64,000 nt of DNA, from contig JAHKLW010000019.1 in NCBI GenBank assembly GCA_020854815.1, positions 10,571 through 74,570 on the forward strand, read 5' to 3'. This document shows positions 60,425-64,000 of the stretch, piece by piece (position 1 is the first letter of the stretch; every line of letters starts with the position of its first letter). This DNA is from Methanofastidiosum sp. (GTDB lineage Archaea; Methanobacteriota_B; Thermococci; Methanofastidiosales; Methanofastidiosaceae). A program made the translations under genes and the position numbers. The notes under the pieces were generated by a model. That model did no database searches. It was not told where the DNA came from and saw only the letters and a program-made list of their open reading frames with translations.

Positions 60425-61141
60425 ATGGTAAGAGAATTAATAAAAAATCTAAACCAAAGGAGCATTTTAACACTCCCAATTCTCTCTATTTTAGTTTTGG
60501 GAATGATAGGATGTGTCTTTGAAAAAGATAGTGTATCAGAAAGCGAATTACTAATAGTTAAGGCAAATCAAGAGCTTATACAATCTACCAAAAACTTGGA
60601 TATATATCTTGAGAACATATTAGGATTAAACGAAGAGGATCTAGCTACTTACATTTTTGACTTCAGAACTTACGAAGAAGGTATAGCAAAAGGCCAATAT
60701 TTTGTGAATAATTACAACTTCTTCGATGAACATAAATTACTCTTAGAAGAGATAGAAGTCAATAACAGTAAAGCTTTAGAATTATTCGACCAAGCTTTAA
60801 ATACAGGCCCTGATAGCGTTGAAGAAGAATATATCCTAATGAAGATATCAGTGATTAGTAAATATAAAGAGGCAGTTACTATTTCAAAAAATCTTACTGA
60901 AAAACAGGAAACATTTAAACGCTACCTTGATAATTCGCTCAGTCAAAGCATGACTACATGTACCCCATGTGGGGATGTACCAAAAGCGATTGGATGGAAA
61001 ACTGCAATACCTGCTGACTGGATGAATGCCAACATTTTTTCATTAAAGAACCAGATATCACAAACGCTTGCTGAAGCTAAAACTATCGATAACGAAGCAG
61101 AAGAGTTCTGGAATTTAAAATCTAAATCCAAATTAGAATAA
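60425..61141 (+). CDS. Putative lipoprotein
   Basis: Signal peptide with an 'LGMIGC' lipobox-like site; helical soluble domain. Confidence 0.35.
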   Translation: MVRELIKNLNQRSILTLPILSILVLGMIGCVFEKDSVSESELLIVKANQELIQSTKNLDIYLENILGLNEEDLATYIFDFRTYEEGIAKGQYFVNNYNFFDEHKLLLEEIEVNNSKALELFDQALNTGPDSVEEEYILMKISVISKYKEAVTISKNLTEKQETFKRYLDNSLSQSMTTCTPCGDVPKAIGWKTAIPADWMNANIFSLKNQISQTLAEAKTIDNEAEEFWNLKSKSKLE

Positions 61142-61243
61142 ATATTTTATTTCTTAATTTTTAATTAAAAATTGAACTCTAAATTCCGGATTCAATAATA
61201 ACTTATTTAAACAATTTAATAATATAGTGATAGGCTGAGACTT

Positions 61244-62098
61244 ATGGAATCCATTATTAATAATTCTAATGATCGTTCAACAAAAGGAATTATTTATTTT
61301 GTATTAATTACCTTTATCGTTACATATCTAATGCTTGCATTTGTTTATATTAATGGTGGGCTTACATACCAGAATACATTTGCATTTCTAATTGCCATGA
61401 TGTTTGTGCCTCTAATTGTATCTGTTATACTTACCAAATTCTATCTTAAAAGAAAACTTTCATCTTTTGGAATAAACAGAGGCAAGAGTATTAAATATTA
61501 TTTAGCAGCATACTTCTATCCTTTTTTAGCCATTGGACTCGGAGTTCTTCTTTTTCTAATAATGGGTCTTGGAACTCTTAGAACTGACATTAATTTAATA
61601 TTCCCAAATCAGTTGGGCATTCCTATCTATATTTTTTTAATCAACTATTCAATTGCGCCTATTTTTCCGAACTCTATATTTGCATTTGGTGAAGAGTATG
61701 GATGGCGTGGATACCTTCAAGATCTTTTACTTGAAAAATTTTCTATTCTAAAAACTCTAGTGATAACAGGAGTTATCTGGGGACTATGGCACGCACCTTT
61801 AATTGCAATGGGATATAACTATCACCAATATCCTTTACCGGGCGTATTTCTCTTCACACTTTGGACTATATTTGTAGGGATATTTTTTGGGTGGTTAAAA
61901 ATTAAATCAAAATCAGTTTTGACTGCAGCACTTGGGCACGGTGCAATAAACGCCTATGTTGGATTTGGGATAATCTTTGCACAAACTAATAACCAGCTCT
62001 TAGGGGTACCTTTTGGAATACCGGGGCTACTAGCATTCCTACTACTTGCAATAATATTTCTTTGGGATCTAAAGAGAAGTTATCCCAAGGAGTTCTGA
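61244..62098 (+). CDS. CPBP-family intramembrane metalloprotease (CAAX protease/Abi)
   Basis: 'FGEEYGWRGYL', 'GLWHAP', 'GHGAINA'. Confidence 0.75.
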   Translation: MESIINNSNDRSTKGIIYFVLITFIVTYLMLAFVYINGGLTYQNTFAFLIAMMFVPLIVSVILTKFYLKRKLSSFGINRGKSIKYYLAAYFYPFLAIGLGVLLFLIMGLGTLRTDINLIFPNQLGIPIYIFLINYSIAPIFPNSIFAFGEEYGWRGYLQDLLLEKFSILKTLVITGVIWGLWHAPLIAMGYNYHQYPLPGVFLFTLWTIFVGIFFGWLKIKSKSVLTAALGHGAINAYVGFGIIFAQTNNQLLGVPFGIPGLLAFLLLAIIFLWDLKRSYPKEF

Positions 62099-63118
62099 TA
62101 TTGCCGTCTCTAAGATATCAATGGATTTAAGATACTCGTCAGTGTCGATACATTCCATATCTGTATGATCTAAAGATGAGTCACCTGGACCATAGGTAAC
62201 TATGTTCTCTGTCAATCTAACAAGGAGATTCATATCGGAAGATCCTGTTTTTTTCTTATATTTCGGGGAAAATCCATTTTCCCTTATAGCCTTTACTAAT
62301 GTTTTTGCAAGTATGTTATTCTTTGAAGTGATTACTCCATTGACGCCTTCGACTAGCTCAATTTCACCATCAAGCAGTTGGTTTATTTCTTTCAATACCT
62401 CCTGATGTGATAATCCTGGAGGAACTCTAAAATCTATGGTAACTCTACATTCACTTGGTACCACATTACTATCGGACTCTGCGCATATTGAAGTTGGCGA
62501 GTAACTAAGTGACTCAAAAAGAGTATTTCCTTTATGTAAATTAGAAACTTTATTTGAAAAATCTATGAACTTTTGGATTGGATTTTCTTCTTCTGAAGAT
62601 GAGTGTGAAGCCTTACCTTCGAACAATACCTTCAGTAGCAATCTGCCTTTGTAACCTATTGTGATACCATCAGCAGAACCGGGTTCACCTAAGAATATGA
62701 AATCTGCTTTTACTTTTTTCATTAATTCCATAGTGCCCCTGGAATTTGGGGCCTCTTCCCCAGTAACCCCAGCAAAGATAAGTGTTCCTTTAAATTTTTT
62801 ATTTTTGAACCTAATAAAGGCAGAAAGTAGAGCTGCAAGAGGCGATTTGGCATCACATGCACCTCTACCGTATATCTTTTTATCTTCAACTCTAAAAGGA
62901 ACTTCTCCACTAACTGTATCCATGTGACTTGTTAGAAGAATGTAAGGCGAGCCGGAACCAATCGTTGAAATAACATTCCATTCCTTATCCTGCTCAACAT
63001 TAAATTTTATATTTTTAAGAAAATTAAACAAAAAATCAGAAACTTCTTTCTCCTTTCCCGATGGACTATAAATTTTTATTATATCTTCAAGTAGTTTAAT
63101 TTCTTCCAATAATTTCAC
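62069..63118 (-). CDS. M20 peptidase family deacetylase (ArgE/LysK-type)
   Basis: 'LLTSHMDTV', 'GRGACDAKS', 'GEEAPNSRG'. It overlaps the upstream aminotransferase by 23 nt. Confidence 0.65.
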   Translation of the reverse strand: MKLLEEIKLLEDIIKIYSPSGKEKEVSDFLFNFLKNIKFNVEQDKEWNVISTIGSGSPYILLTSHMDTVSGEVPFRVEDKKIYGRGACDAKSPLAALLSAFIRFKNKKFKGTLIFAGVTGEEAPNSRGTMELMKKVKADFIFLGEPGSADGITIGYKGRLLLKVLFEGKASHSSSEEENPIQKFIDFSNKVSNLHKGNTLFESLSYSPTSICAESDSNVVPSECRVTIDFRVPPGLSHQEVLKEINQLLDGEIELVEGVNGVITSKNNILAKTLVKAIRENGFSPKYKKKTGSSDMNLLVRLTENIVTYGPGDSSLDHTDMECIDTDEYLKSIDILETAISELLGITSL

Positions 63119-64000
63119 CCGTTGCCTCTACAACCCTATCAATATGTTCCTTTTCAATTATTAAAGGCGGGAGGTATCGGACTACAAGTTTCCCTGCTGT
63201 AAGTGCAAGTACTTTTTTCTCCATAAGTTGTGCAAGATAGGGCCCTACCTTCTGCTTCATCTCAATTCCAATCATAAGGCCAAAACCTCTTATATCTTTG
63301 TATACACTTTCATCGATATTCTTCTTCAGCTGACCTAAGAAGTATTCTCCGTTTTCTTTTGATCTTTCTACAAGCTTTTCTTCCATTAGAGTCCTTATTG
63401 CTGCAAGTGACGCGTTACATGCAAGAGGATTTCCCCCAAATGTAGAACCGTGTTCGCCCTTATCAAGATTTGATAGATCTTCCCTGATAACAGTCGCTCC
63501 CATAGGTATACCGCCGGCTATTCCTTTTCCAAGACATAATATATCTGGTGAAACATTGTATCTATTTATTGCAAAAAGTTCTCCAGTTCTCCCAAATCCT
63601 GTCTGGACCTCATCCACAATCATCAATATTCCTTTTTGATCACAAATTTCTCTGATACCTTTCATAAACTCCACGTTGGCGGGTTTAACTCCACCCTCCC
63701 CTTGGATGGGCTCTACAATAATTGCAGCGGTATCGTCTGTAATTAACTCTTGAAGTTTTTCTAAATTATTGTAAGCTGTATGGCAAAAACCTGGTATCAG
63801 GGGCAAGAAAGGTTTTTTGTATTCAGCCTTCCATGTAGCTGAAAGTGCCCCCATTGTTCTTCCATGAAACCCAAATGTGAATGAAACAATGTCAGTCTTT
63901 CCAGTGATTTTTCTTGAAAACTTTAATGCAGCTTCAACAGCTTCCGCACCAGAGTTTGATAAAAATGATTTTGTAAGCCCTTTCGGAGTAATTTCAGCTA
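63096..64000 (-). CDS. argD: Acetylornithine / LysW-aminoadipate-semialdehyde aminotransferase (class III), 5' end beyond window
   Basis: 'IVDEVQTGFGRTGELFA', PLP Lys 'LCLGKGIAGG'. The reading frame stays open to position 64000. Confidence 0.8.
   Translation of the reverse strand, partial: AEITPKGLTKSFLSNSGAEAVEAALKFSRKITGKTDIVSFTFGFHGRTMGALSATWKAEYKKPFLPLIPGFCHTAYNNLEKLQELITDDTAAIIVEPIQGEGGVKPANVEFMKGIREICDQKGILMIVDEVQTGFGRTGELFAINRYNVSPDILCLGKGIAGGIPMGATVIREDLSNLDKGEHGSTFGGNPLACNASLAAIRTLMEEKLVERSKENGEYFLGQLKKNIDESVYKDIRGFGLMIGIEMKQKVGPYLAQLMEKKVLALTAGKLVVRYLPPLIIEKEHIDRVVEATGEIIGRN

Noticed and set aside
1-64000. CRISPR arrays
   Set aside because: No regularly spaced direct repeats of 24-40 bp with unique spacers were seen in any intergenic region. 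The only notable repeats are the IS ends and the short par-flanking motifs.

Overview
This 64 kb window is from a low-GC (about 30-35%) archaeal chromosome that makes heavy use of Shine-Dalgarno sites. Most of it is housekeeping or otherwise identifiable genes, with no single obviously new system; items 1-3 of the hunt list below are the likeliest leads.

Confidently recognisable content:
- An amidohydrolase / carbamate kinase / cupin module (1250-4080).
- pyrG (CTP synthase) and a sugar isomerase (SIS) domain gene, followed by a tRNA-Pro(CGG).
- A two-gene module pairing an opine-dehydrogenase-family enzyme with a protein that carries an N-terminal cobalamin (B12)-binding-like domain.
- A plasmid-type partition cassette (a ParA/ParF-like ATPase followed by a small ribbon-helix-helix, ParG-like DNA-binding protein) flanked by short repeats.
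- A 3,052-bp IS6-like insertion with 18-bp perfect terminal inverted repeats and an 8-bp target-site duplication, carrying a GC-rich transposase gene.
- ABC-2 transporter genes, two paralogous conserved-Cys proteins (I recall these as DUF1638-like), and a cation/H+ antiporter.
- DRG GTPase, ileS, priS, gltX, hsp20 and orc1/cdc6, with an adjacent replication origin that has two inverted ORB-like boxes flanking an AT-rich unwinding element.
- Methionine aminopeptidase (map), and a ferredoxin gene next to a tungsten-type aldehyde:ferredoxin oxidoreductase.
- A thiol/arsenic-stress island: ArsR regulators, an AhpD-like protein, a thioredoxin-like protein, CcdA, an ACR3 arsenite transporter and ArsM.
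- A disrupted MMPL transporter gene.
- A complete nine-gene leuA-ilvBNC-leuCDB-cimA-ilvD operon on the minus strand, a P2-type cation ATPase, a CPBP protease, and the lysJ/argD-lysK tail of a LysW-type cluster at the window edge.

Most worth a second look:
1. The IS with nested, compositionally foreign transposase and a transposase 5' remnant.
2. The B12-like / opine-dehydrogenase pair.
3. The paralogous conserved-Cys proteins beside transporters.
4. A carbamate kinase gene whose conserved N-terminus has no canonical start codon (SD followed by ATC).
5. The partition cassette with flanking repeats.
6. The chromosomal origin.

Nothing here was checked against databases; every family assignment is from motif recognition and memory.
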